A stretch of DNA of 64,000 bases from an uncultured virus (IMG/VR IMGVR_UViG_3300022552_000007) (Duplodnaviria; Heunggongvirae; Uroviricota; Caudoviricetes), in IMG/VR virus record IMGVR_UViG_3300022552_000007. One strand, given 5' to 3'. Each line of letters opens with the position of its first letter. Positions within the stretch are counted from its first letter, which is position 1. Positions 1-8,329 of this stretch are shown one piece after another. Made by a program: the position numbers and the translations under genes. The notes beneath the pieces are model-generated. The model did no database searches. It had not been told where the DNA came from and saw nothing but the letters and a program-made list of their open reading frames with translations.

Positions 1-199
1 TCCTGGCAATCTCATCCCCTGCCGCGCCGTGAGTCTCAAGCACTTGGCGGATGTGCTGCCAGTGGTGATCTGCGAGCTTCGCTGCCGTCAGATAGTGAAA
101 CCCGATCCTCGTAATCTCGTCCTCTGTTGCACCACGAGCCTCAAGCACTTGGCGGATATACTTCAAATGTTGGTCTGCAAGCTTCTCGGCTGTTTCCAT
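1..199 (-). CDS. Hypothetical protein with internal ~36-aa repeat; 5' part only, runs off the left edge
   Basis: Manual translation from ATG at 199 (AAGGA RBS): METAEKLADQHLKYIRQVLEARGATEDEITRIGFHYLTAAKLADHHWQHIRQVLETHGAAGDEIAR... Confidence 0.6.
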   Translation of the reverse strand, partial: METAEKLADQHLKYIRQVLEARGATEDEITRIGFHYLTAAKLADHHWQHIRQVLETHGAAGDEIAR

Positions 200-212
200 C
201 AGCGATTCCTTT
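152..212. repeat. 61-bp imperfect direct repeat, copy A (56/61 identical to 1048-1108)
   Basis: Manual alignment of gcggatatacttcaaatgttggtctgcaagcttctcggctgtttccatcagcgattccttt with 1048-1108. Confidence 0.9.
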
Positions 213-834
213 TTTGTGAAAATGAATTATAGGAATATGTTGGCCAGCTTGGTTGATATTCGTCGGCCTCATTTCCCCAAGAAATCCAATTTTCCCTTTT
301 TCCTCTAGCAAAAAGTTCTAAATATGGACCGGGGCTACAAGATTCAATAATTTTATAAAGTTCATCAGGCTTCCTGGAGTGTTCGCGTTTTCGGGTTTTA
401 ATGATATTGACTTGGCTCCTGCCTGGTTTTAAAGTTCTGAGTTTTCCTCGAATTCCAAAAAGAATCATTTCTGTGGTGTTTCTAAAATAAAATCCTACGC
501 CGCGTCCGTCTGGTTCACCGTCTTTACGGATTTTATGCCAAATCAAATTAGTTTTATAAGAAAATCCCCAGGCTTTTAGGACTTCTAGCCCTTCCCGCAG
601 CAGTGCATTCGGCACCCAAAGGTAAAGGTGGCTTTGGGCAGCTGCTTTTTCTGACACTGGAAGAGCTTTTATCTCATCGAATGTCATTGTCCCATAGCGA
701 GATAGTCGCTTATGTTCAGGCGCCATTTTCCCGGTCCGGTTCGCAAACCGCCAAGGAGGGTCGGCGAGAATTGTTCCGAACTCACCAATTATTTTATCCC
801 TGAAATTATTTATATAATTATCGAGTTTTTCCAT
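199..834 (-). CDS. MT-A70 family N6-adenine methyltransferase
   Basis: ILADPPW catalytic motif, HLYLWV, WGFSYKTNLIWHK, REHSRKP, YLELFAR. Confidence 0.9.
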   Translation of the reverse strand: MEKLDNYINNFRDKIIGEFGTILADPPWRFANRTGKMAPEHKRLSRYGTMTFDEIKALPVSEKAAAQSHLYLWVPNALLREGLEVLKAWGFSYKTNLIWHKIRKDGEPDGRGVGFYFRNTTEMILFGIRGKLRTLKPGRSQVNIIKTRKREHSRKPDELYKIIESCSPGPYLELFARGKRENWISWGNEADEYQPSWPTYSYNSFSQKRNR

Positions 835-851
835 ATACTAATATCTTGTTG

Positions 852-1118
852 CTATTTTTCGGCGGCGGGAGGCGTAGCGCGAGAAGCGCCTTCTTTTTTA
901 ATATTTTTCAATTCGGGGCACCTAAATATTAGTTTTTCCATATCGTAATGATCTGAATTTAGTGATTTATAGTATTCCAGCATTTCAGGAGTTCTGAATT
1001 CAGGGCATTCGCATATTAAGCAACTTACATCAAAGCGATCTGGATTTGCGGATGTACCTCCAGTGTTGGTCTGCAAGCTTCTCGGCTGTTTCCATCGGCG
1101 ATTCCTTTCATCCTGCAA
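852..1118 (-). CDS. Hypothetical protein
   Basis: 88-aa ORF in operon orientation, with CPEFR/CPELK internal echo. Confidence 0.4.
   Translation of the reverse strand: MQDERNRRWKQPRSLQTNTGGTSANPDRFDVSCLICECPEFRTPEMLEYYKSLNSDHYDMEKLIFRCPELKNIKKEGASRATPPAAEK
1048..1108. repeat. 61-bp imperfect direct repeat, copy B
   Basis: Matches 152-212. Confidence 0.9.
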
Positions 1119-1188
1119 ACATTTTCAATCGGACACCCGTCCTTAAAGACCCCTTCCTTCTACCTCATACACAAATCCGGCCGCATCA

Positions 1189-1482
1189 TCATGGCTCTAT
1201 TCTCCCGCTATCCAGGCCTGCCAGGATCGCCAGACGCGCCTGCTTCTGCCGCTTGTAGGCGTCAATCAACTCGCCATCAAAAATCAGGCGCATTTGCTCC
1301 AGCATGATCTCCACGTCCGCAATCTCCTCTAGCAAGCCGGTCAGCGATACACGATCCCGGCGAAAGCGGTTCACCGCGGCCACCAGTTCGCCACACTCTT
1401 CTACCAGCATATTTAGCTGGCTCTCCGCCCCCCACTTCTCCAAGGCCGTGCGGTAAACCCGCGTTGCGCCTTCCATCATCAT
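1189..1482 (-). CDS. MazG-like NTP pyrophosphohydrolase
   Basis: EECGEL...EEIADV motifs of the all-alpha NTP-PPase family. Confidence 0.8.
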   Translation of the reverse strand: MMMEGATRVYRTALEKWGAESQLNMLVEECGELVAAVNRFRRDRVSLTGLLEEIADVEIMLEQMRLIFDGELIDAYKRQKQARLAILAGLDSGRIEP

Positions 1483-1610
1483 TTCCTTTCATCCTATTCA
1501 AGCGCCCAACCCACCACAGAACCAGCAGGACCAGCAACACAAGCAGGACCGCGAGGGCATTTAACGATATAATTCCAATTAAAATCCAGGACATTTGGCA
1601 TTTCCTGATC

Positions 1611-1925
1611 TTATTCTTCAAATTCTACCAATTTTATATCCCAATCATCAACAATCCCCGTTTCCCAGTCTCGCAGCTCATTACAGTATTCTAATTTGTA
1701 TAGTTTACCATGCTCTACAGAATCTATACCAACAGGTATCCATTCGTTGTTGACTTCTCCCATTGCTTCGTACAAAGCCCCACAAAATTCGCATCCAGGA
1801 CAAGACTTTGTTTTTAATAAATTAAGTCGTACAAAAAATCCGATTCCTTTCTCGGTAGGACAACAAGAAACATCCGCACGAAAAATTAAACCCCTACAAT
1901 TATGTTCGATTTTGCCAAATCGCAT
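1611..1925 (-). CDS. Hypothetical protein with CPGCEFC motif
   Basis: ORF fits the operon; start moved to MRFGK to avoid overlap. Confidence 0.55.
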   Translation of the reverse strand: MRFGKIEHNCRGLIFRADVSCCPTEKGIGFFVRLNLLKTKSCPGCEFCGALYEAMGEVNNEWIPVGIDSVEHGKLYKLEYCNELRDWETGIVDDWDIKLVEFEE

Positions 1926-1938
1926 TTTCTCAATCTCC

Positions 1939-2142
1939 TCAGGGCCAGCCTGCCAAGTAGCACGCCAAGCACAGCGCACCAAATGGAATGCCGAAAAGCA
2001 GACCAATTACCATCCCGGCCTTGACCCCGGCAGTAAATCCACTTGTGTAGATTTGCTGGTGTAAATTTTTTGTGCTTTCTATTCGTTGCTTAATTTCTTG
2101 TACAGAATCAACGTATTGGCCTTCTTCTTCAAACCTAAACAT
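1939..2142 (-). CDS. Small predicted membrane protein
   Basis: ATG overlaps the upstream stop; hydrophobic C-terminus. Confidence 0.5.
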   Translation of the reverse strand: MFRFEEEGQYVDSVQEIKQRIESTKNLHQQIYTSGFTAGVKAGMVIGLLFGIPFGALCLACYLAGWP

Positions 2143-3254
2143 CACGGGCCTCCTTTCTTGATGGGCTGCCCGCACAAGGGGCATATTGGCGGCAAATTCG
2201 CCCGCATCTTTTTGAGCTCCTTTTGACATGACATCATCAAGAACTGTTTTGCTTTCAATGTTTCTTTTGTACTCTGTATTTGCACTATAATTTCCTGTGT
2301 TTTTTCCAGCCGTACTTTCTGCTCAGAAATTCGAGATCGGATCTTCTGTGCCGCATCCAGTAGCGGCCGTGCTCGCAATACCTGCTGACTCCATTCCTGG
2401 TCCTCTTTGAATTGACTCAGTTTCGTGATCAACGAACAAAATTGATCAATGCGGCTTTTTAGCGTGCTTACTTTATTATACAGTTGGTGAGCTGTTTCAA
2501 CACGCTTTTTTAATATATCTGTAATATCTCTTTTTTTATCTAATTCAGCCGTCACCAACGCAACACGGTCAAGGACAATTTCAGCTCGACCTATTTTTTG
2601 TGCCAATATGCTACATCGTTGTTCCAACGCTTCCGCTACCGCTATCATGCCTTCGGCTTTGGGAACCCACTGCAACTCTTCCAGCCGCATGGTAGCATCG
2701 TCTATGACAGCCTGCTGCTTGGTAATTTCCCGGTCCCATTGGCGCAACTCGCTGGCCACCCGTTTCATGGTGGTATGGATTTCATCCAGGCGACAATGCT
2801 TGTTCACCAACGCGCCAAATTCGCCCGGAGTCAATTGCATGGGGAAGAGATTGTTGGCCTGACCTTGAAAATTGATTTCTTCCAGGTTCAATGCGTTCAG
2901 CACTTCTTGCGGCATGCTGTTGCCAATGGCGCGGAAATCCTGTTGAACTTTGCCATTGGTAATTTCGTAGCGGTTTGCGCCCTTTTCACGAAAGCGACTG
3001 ACTGATAGGCCATCGTCGAACGACAAGGCCACTTTGACATCACGGTCTCCGTTCCAACTTTCTACGGTGTCCCCGGCGGGCTTGCCAGTAAGCACCCAGC
3101 CGACAGCAGCTAAGAGCGTGCTTTTGCCTTGGTCGTTTGGGCCGACGATGGCATTGAGCCCCGGCTGAAACGTAACCGTGGTGGGGCGCTGGTAGCACAT
3201 GAAATTGCGGAGATTGATTTTGGTGAGGGTTTTTTGCGCGGTAGTGGTATCCAT
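2142..3254 (-). CDS. Rad50/SbcC/gp46-like ATPase, N-terminal half ending at the zinc hook
   Basis: INLRNF, Walker A GPNDQGKS, Q-loop FQGQ, coiled coil, terminal CPLCG. Confidence 0.8.
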   Translation of the reverse strand: MDTTTAQKTLTKINLRNFMCYQRPTTVTFQPGLNAIVGPNDQGKSTLLAAVGWVLTGKPAGDTVESWNGDRDVKVALSFDDGLSVSRFREKGANRYEITNGKVQQDFRAIGNSMPQEVLNALNLEEINFQGQANNLFPMQLTPGEFGALVNKHCRLDEIHTTMKRVASELRQWDREITKQQAVIDDATMRLEELQWVPKAEGMIAVAEALEQRCSILAQKIGRAEIVLDRVALVTAELDKKRDITDILKKRVETAHQLYNKVSTLKSRIDQFCSLITKLSQFKEDQEWSQQVLRARPLLDAAQKIRSRISEQKVRLEKTQEIIVQIQSTKETLKAKQFLMMSCQKELKKMRANLPPICPLCGQPIKKGGP

Positions 3255-3387
3255 TGCTGCAACCTCTTTGACCACCGAAATTTCGGCGTGGATTCACACA
3301 ACGTGACTCGGATGATATAGTCCCAACCGTCTTCGCCGGTTTCTTGCAATACTTCTTTCAACTCTTGCGGTGGCCCTCCGCGGGTCA

Positions 3388-3963
3388 TTACTCCGCCAAG
3401 CGCTTTCTTGCCGCGTTTCCAGCCTTCATACCAGTTTGGTGGTTTGCCAGGCATCTTTGCATATACTCCGGTGGAGTTTCGAACAGCGTGGTGGAAATGT
3501 AAACCAAATTCGCTGATTCATCAGCAACGCAAATCAGCGGATGATTAAAAACTGGTTGCGGAAAGAAAAACAGTACGGGTCGGCGGTCTTGCTTTAGCAC
3601 CAGGAGGGGCAGTTTGTTGGAATCAGCGGCGTCTTGTTCCAGCTCTTCCCATATTCGCCATACTCCCCCTTTTGGTAACTTGGGCAGTAGCCGATTATCT
3701 ATTCGCCAGGAGTTGTACCCTCGTTTACACTCGATAAGAACGCTGTCAGTAAACCATGAAAACTGCGCGTCCAGATATCCCACGTCGCCCTCGCTATTAC
3801 AGGTAGTCTGTCCGCGCCGCTTTCGATTGGTAGCTCGGGCGCCGCTTCCGGCCGTTCGCCAAAAGATATCGTCCCGAGCACCTTTGCTGATCCATAAGGA
3901 AAATTTTTTACATATTTCTCGTTCAAATCTGCCCCCCTTCTTGCTTCCGCCGCCGCGTTTCAT
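3388..3963 (-). CDS. Holliday junction resolvase (PD-(D/E)xK, Hjc-like)
   Basis: KGGRFERE, SGA, GD...IECK motifs. Confidence 0.75.
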   Translation of the reverse strand: MKRGGGSKKGGRFEREICKKFSLWISKGARDDIFWRTAGSGARATNRKRRGQTTCNSEGDVGYLDAQFSWFTDSVLIECKRGYNSWRIDNRLLPKLPKGGVWRIWEELEQDAADSNKLPLLVLKQDRRPVLFFFPQPVFNHPLICVADESANLVYISTTLFETPPEYMQRCLANHQTGMKAGNAARKRLAE

Positions 3964-4174
3964 AGTATTCCCTTTTCAAATTCTGGTACGTTCTGCGGTA
4001 ACCTTCCAGGTAATAAGTTCCTTGGCGATGTTTCCTTTCCACTTCTTCGCCATTTCTATTCCTAGTCTTGAACACCTTCTCATACCACCGTACTTTGCCC
4101 CTTGTAGGATTTTTGGCCGATAGTACAAAGGCTTGACGACGTAGCCGCTTGGCAACTGTTCCCCTCATGCCCAT
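3923..4174 (-). CDS. Small basic hypothetical protein
   Basis: 83-aa ORF packed between neighbours. Confidence 0.5.
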   Translation of the reverse strand: MGMRGTVAKRLRRQAFVLSAKNPTRGKVRWYEKVFKTRNRNGEEVERKHRQGTYYLEGYRRTYQNLKREYYETRRRKQEGGQI

Positions 4175-5052
4175 TCCTCCAGTCTGAAGTTGAACCCGAA
4201 TTTTTCATGAAGATAGTCCAACGACTCTTCGTTCAGCTTGAACGCCGTCGGCGCAAATCCCGACGGCACCAGTCGTACCCCATTGTACGGCAACTTTATC
4301 AGTCGCAAGTTCCTCCGCACTAGTCCATTTTTCTCTGCCTCTTCGATGGCGTGGCGCTTGGCGGGTGACACGCGGTCGCCGGACACATACGCTGCGGCTG
4401 TTTTGATGCCCACGCTTTCCACCCCAGGAACACCATTGTGTGTACCGGCAATGGCGGTTGCCATTGCCCATCCTTCCGGCGTCAAACCATATTCTTTGTA
4501 CAGATCCATCATCGTGTAGTTGCGCTGTTTGTTTGGCCGGTATAGTGTTGCCCGGTCAAGTAACTGAAATAGATCATTATCGGCGCTGACAATCCAAATC
4601 TTGCCAATCCTGGGGCGGGCATGGCCCCACTCCACCAATGAGGCGATGCCGTCATCTGCTTCGTACCCCCGACGCTCAATATGGTAAATAAACCCCATAG
4701 GTTCCATCACCTTGGGCCGCAGGATGTTCATCTGCTGAAAGAACTCTTCTTTTAGTTTCAGTTCTTCCGGCGTGTTCGTTTTTTTGCGCGCAGCTTTGTA
4801 CTCAGGAAAGATTTCGCGCCGCAGCGAAACAATACTATCCCAAGCAAACACCAGGGCGGAATTGGAAGGAAAAAGCCGTCGAATCTTGTTGATTTGATTC
4901 ATCACTCCGAACAACACCCCGGTAGGCCGCCCATCATGTTGTAGCGGGCTTGTTGCCCATTTTGCCCGATGCGCTAGGTAGCTTACATCAAAGATCACTA
5001 GCGGCCTTGGCCACTTTTCCGGCTGTTGCCGGGGAGCGACCGGCAGTCGCAT
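4165..5052 (-). CDS. 5'-3' exonuclease / flap endonuclease (T4 RNase H, T5 D15-like)
   Basis: RREIFPEYKAAR, GYEADD, SADNDLFQL, PGVESVGIKTA. Confidence 0.9.
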   Translation of the reverse strand: MRLPVAPRQQPEKWPRPLVIFDVSYLAHRAKWATSPLQHDGRPTGVLFGVMNQINKIRRLFPSNSALVFAWDSIVSLRREIFPEYKAARKKTNTPEELKLKEEFFQQMNILRPKVMEPMGFIYHIERRGYEADDGIASLVEWGHARPRIGKIWIVSADNDLFQLLDRATLYRPNKQRNYTMMDLYKEYGLTPEGWAMATAIAGTHNGVPGVESVGIKTAAAYVSGDRVSPAKRHAIEEAEKNGLVRRNLRLIKLPYNGVRLVPSGFAPTAFKLNEESLDYLHEKFGFNFRLEEWA

Positions 5053-5053
5053 T

Positions 5054-6190
5054 CTATTCAAAACGGGGCTTCCGCCCAAGGTCTGCTTTGGCTTCCTGAG
5101 CATCCCATGCCTCCTGAAGTTGTCGTTTGACTGTTGCCCACATTTTCTGACTTTCTTCAATTTCCTTTACTACCGCCGTCTTGTAGCCTTTAAGCCCCAA
5201 CATGTCGCACGTTACCGTTGGCCCCGTCTTTTTCCATTTATTGGAATTTTCCACCAAATAATCTATTGCACTGCCGACGTCATCCACGCCAATTTGGTAG
5301 TAGATGGGAAATTGAACGTCGCGCCACTTACCGGTCAGCTTGTTCTTGGTGGTCTTGGCCAGAACTTTACTGCCGATTTTCATCTTGTTCGACGCAGTGA
5401 TATTTCCAGCTTTGGCCAGCCAAAAGATATGGCAGGAATAGAATTCCAGTGCCTTGCCTCCGGCGCGAGTTTTTTTCTGAAATCCGATGGGCTCAATATT
5501 GTCGCGGGTTTGGCTCACGACGACAATGGCGCTGCCGGTGTCTTCGATCTTCCGGCTCAACACTCGCAAAATCTCACTGGCCCACCGGGCTTTTTCCATT
5601 TTGTAACTGCCCGTTTCCTTGCCCTTGGTCATGTCGTTGGCTCTGGCCAATTCTTCGGTAGTCGTGATGGCGTCGAAGCTATCCAGCACTGCGAACACGG
5701 GCTGGTCGCCTTCCAACAATTGGAGCATTCGCCCGTAGTACTGCTGGATTGTTTCAGGGGGGCAGTATTCATCCAGGTCGCACACTTCCGCAACGTATTG
5801 ATGCCCCGCTTCCAGTCGTTCTTTTAGTTTAACACCAAACAGCCGTCGGATATCAAAATCCGGCGGCTCCACTCCATCGTACAGCAAAATGTAATCATCA
5901 AACCGATCATCATTCGCCATTTCCGCCATACCTGTCAGGGCGAGCATGGACTTACCGGCGCTACTGTCTCCGATCATGTTGACGATACGCCCTGCCCCAT
6001 AGCCGCCCATCACTGAACCGCTCAGGGCAAGATTCAGCAGACTACAACCAGTTGGTAGCAGAAGCGTTCCACTAGGCGTTTCACTTCGCAGATTTCTTTC
6101 CCGACTTTCCCGACTTTGTTCGTTTTGTTGCAACAGGCTTGGATTTTTCGCTGGGAGAAGTTTTCTTTTTCTGGACACGGACGCGCACAT
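5054..6190 (-). CDS. recA: RecA/UvsX-like recombinase
   Basis: PTGCSLLNLALSG, Walker A GDSSAGKS, VLDS, SQTR, GGKALEFY, KNK. Confidence 0.85.
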   Translation of the reverse strand: MCASVSRKRKLLPAKNPSLLQQNEQSRESRERNLRSETPSGTLLLPTGCSLLNLALSGSVMGGYGAGRIVNMIGDSSAGKSMLALTGMAEMANDDRFDDYILLYDGVEPPDFDIRRLFGVKLKERLEAGHQYVAEVCDLDEYCPPETIQQYYGRMLQLLEGDQPVFAVLDSFDAITTTEELARANDMTKGKETGSYKMEKARWASEILRVLSRKIEDTGSAIVVVSQTRDNIEPIGFQKKTRAGGKALEFYSCHIFWLAKAGNITASNKMKIGSKVLAKTTKNKLTGKWRDVQFPIYYQIGVDDVGSAIDYLVENSNKWKKTGPTVTCDMLGLKGYKTAVVKEIEESQKMWATVKRQLQEAWDAQEAKADLGRKPRFE

Positions 6191-6386
6191 GGTTTTTCAC
6201 TCCGTCAATGATTTCATTCATTGCCCCCTCATCCACCATCCAACGACTGCCAATTTGTGTAGCAAAATTGAGTGGCTTGCCGCCGATGGTCACACCATTG
6301 ATTGCCCAGGCGTAGAGAGTATGGTATTTGATTGGTACTTCGTTTTTGTTGAGAATATCCAATGCATCTTTCAAATTGATCAACAT
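6081..6386 (-). CDS. Putative HTH (Xis/MerR-like) DNA-binding protein
   Basis: TLYAWAING...ATQIGSRWMVD pattern. Confidence 0.55.
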   Translation of the reverse strand: MLINLKDALDILNKNEVPIKYHTLYAWAINGVTIGGKPLNFATQIGSRWMVDEGAMNEIIDGVKNHVRVRVQKKKTSPSEKSKPVATKRTKSGKSGKKSAK

Positions 6387-6404
6387 CTTGTTCCTCCCGA
6401 TTAT

Positions 6405-6434
6405 ATGGCCCCCCGAAAGTTATCGGGGGGCCAT
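6405..6434. terminator. GC-rich hairpin after the SSB gene
   Basis: atggccccccga...tcggggggccat inverted repeat. Confidence 0.6.
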
Positions 6435-6440
6435 CGCGGT

Positions 6441-7553
6441 TTACCGCTTCTTTTTGGCTGTTCGAGCTGCTGCCCGAAGACGGTTGAATTCTTCTTGGCA
6501 AGCCTCCCATACATCGCAAGTATCGCACTCGTCTAAGGCGTTACAATCTTCGCCCCAAACACCCCCGGCCGGGCACGCGATAGTGGGTTTGCGTGGGCGT
6601 TTTCGTGTTGCGATTTTTTTGGCTGGTTTGGCGGTCTTGGTGGGAGGCGTCGGCTCTTCCTCTTCCGGCTCTTCCTCTTCCGGCTCTTCCTCTTCCGGCT
6701 CTTCCTCTTCCGGCTCTTCTTCCGGCTCTTCTTCCGGTTCTTCCTCTTCCGGTTCGGGCGGCGTTCGCTGCTTTTTCGAACGGGTCGGCCGAACCGGTTC
6801 TTCTTCGTCATCTCCTTCCAGCGGAATTCCTAAGAATTCAGCTTCCAACGCTCGGAAGTCCATGATGATCAGGCAGTCGTCCAACGATGGCAAGTCATTG
6901 AGAATGCCAGGATCGGCCGGTTTGCGGCGAGAAACAAAGTCGATCCGATCTGCTTCCAGGAATTTGTTGGCGCCCATGCTGGCCTCTGCAAATCGGACCT
7001 TCAGGTCAAGGCCATCCACCAGATCGGCGAATCCGGCCAGCTCATCGGGGTTTTCATTGATTTCCCGGTTGAGCATCTTGGTGAACAGGTGGAAGCTGAT
7101 TTCCCAGCTCATGACCTCATCGGGGTTGGCCGGATCGCATACCAGAAACAGGTCTCGATCCTTGGCTTTCAGTTGCCGCAGTTCGTCATCGGAAGCATCT
7201 CCGCTGCGCCGCCGTTCCAGGGCATACTCACAAATGGGGCAACGCTTGCCGACCGTGGCAGGGCAGATGCGTGCCTTTTCTTCCGGTCCCACGCCGAAAT
7301 GAACCTTCATCGGACGCCGGTACCAAAGTTCTCCGGCAGGCACTCGGTCGGGGTGGTTTTTATCCGTAACGATGTAGGGCAGGATGCGAATCATCTGCGT
7401 GCCCTTAACTGGCTTGAAAAAATCCAAGCCCACGTCATACGTAGTGGAGCCCCCTGAAGATCTGGAATTTTCAACGGCACGTTCCTGCACACGCCTACGA
7501 TTCATGCGCGGCACAGCCGCGCGCGCTGCCGTTTTCGCTCTGCGAATAGCCAT
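6441..7553 (-). CDS. Single-stranded DNA-binding protein (gp32-like) with acidic repeats and C-terminal Cys cluster
   Basis: IRILP, VHF, ICP...CPICE, EEEEP repeats; position next to RecA and UvsY-like genes. Confidence 0.75.
   Translation of the reverse strand: MAIRRAKTAARAAVPRMNRRRVQERAVENSRSSGGSTTYDVGLDFFKPVKGTQMIRILPYIVTDKNHPDRVPAGELWYRRPMKVHFGVGPEEKARICPATVGKRCPICEYALERRRSGDASDDELRQLKAKDRDLFLVCDPANPDEVMSWEISFHLFTKMLNREINENPDELAGFADLVDGLDLKVRFAEASMGANKFLEADRIDFVSRRKPADPGILNDLPSLDDCLIIMDFRALEAEFLGIPLEGDDEEEPVRPTRSKKQRTPPEPEEEEPEEEPEEEPEEEEPEEEEPEEEEPEEEEPTPPTKTAKPAKKIATRKRPRKPTIACPAGGVWGEDCNALDECDTCDVWEACQEEFNRLRAAARTAKKKR
6653..6752. repeat. 12/15-bp tandem repeat encoding (E)EEEP
   Basis: gctcttcctcttccg units. 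Confidence 0.85.
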
Positions 7554-7556
7554 TTT

Positions 7557-7853
7557 TCAATCCTCCTGGTTTCGTTTGATTTCTTCGATTTCCTCGTCTA
7601 TGTGACACTTCACCAAATCACGCACATCGTCGAACACGTCGCTAATTTCTGCCTTGTAGCATGGGCAATCGATGCGCACCTCGACCCGCGCTGATTGGTA
7701 GTTGCCAAGGTTGATGGTGTGGGCCATGCCAAAGCCCACCGAGGCAATACCAGCCCGCTCATCCATTGGTTCCACTTCTAGCGCGCCGGCGTCTTCGGTT
7801 TCTGCATTGAAACAAGTGCGTTTTACAGTAAGCCGCAGGTTTTCTTTTTTCAT
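7557..7853 (-). CDS. Hypothetical phage protein
   Basis: TINLGNYQSARVEV motif typical of a common small phage family. Confidence 0.7.
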   Translation of the reverse strand: MKKENLRLTVKRTCFNAETEDAGALEVEPMDERAGIASVGFGMAHTINLGNYQSARVEVRIDCPCYKAEISDVFDDVRDLVKCHIDEEIEEIKRNQED

Positions 7854-8329
7854 TTACGCCTCCGTGTCATTGCTTTTCGAACCCTACTGTTCGCACGGTT
7901 CTTGTTGTATTCGGCACGGTCCTCCGGCGTGGTAGTGGGCACAGCATAGTATTCTTGTCCATGAAGCCGCACCAAGTTCTCCAGGGCGCTGCGCCGTTGA
8001 TCCAGCGCCTGAACTTCGGCCTTTAGGATAGCAGCCTCTTTCCGGGCTTCTCGCAAGTCTTCTGAAATGGCCAGTACTTCTGCATCATTGGTGATGGCTG
8101 CGGTAACCATCGCCTCCGTGACTTTCGCAACAGATGCGGAAAGTCTCGCGCGCACCTCGCCATCCAGCCGGGCTTTCAAGGAATCCAACTTGTCCTTGAG
8201 CCGGTCAACGTCGGCGTTTGCTTCTGCCAGCCGTTCCGCGTATTCCAAAAATACGCTCGGCTGTTGTTCCCATTGTTCATCCAACGCCCGACGGTCCACC
8301 TCAAAGCGCGGATCTTTTGACAGATTCAT
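7850..8329 (-). CDS. UvsY-like recombination mediator
   Basis: Helical coiled coil, KVTEAMV motif, adjacent to SSB and RecA. Confidence 0.6.
   Translation of the reverse strand: MNLSKDPRFEVDRRALDEQWEQQPSVFLEYAERLAEANADVDRLKDKLDSLKARLDGEVRARLSASVAKVTEAMVTAAITNDAEVLAISEDLREARKEAAILKAEVQALDQRRSALENLVRLHGQEYYAVPTTTPEDRAEYNKNRANSRVRKAMTRRRK

Noticed and set aside
152..1108. DGR-like adenine mutagenesis between the 61-bp repeats
   Set aside because: Four of five mismatches are at A, but the sample is tiny, one is T/C, the repeat covers a gene start and no RT is seen.
3110..3454. 114-aa ORF between the resolvase and Rad50-like genes
   Set aside because: It overlaps both neighbours substantially and cannot be supported, though a short gene starting at 3388 is possible.
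6328..7302. Long plus-strand ORFs antisense to replication genes (also 5120-5827, 14851-15534) and minus-strand ORFs antisense to structural genes (e.g. 34820-36061)
   Set aside because: Shadow ORFs of well-supported genes with no recognisable motifs.
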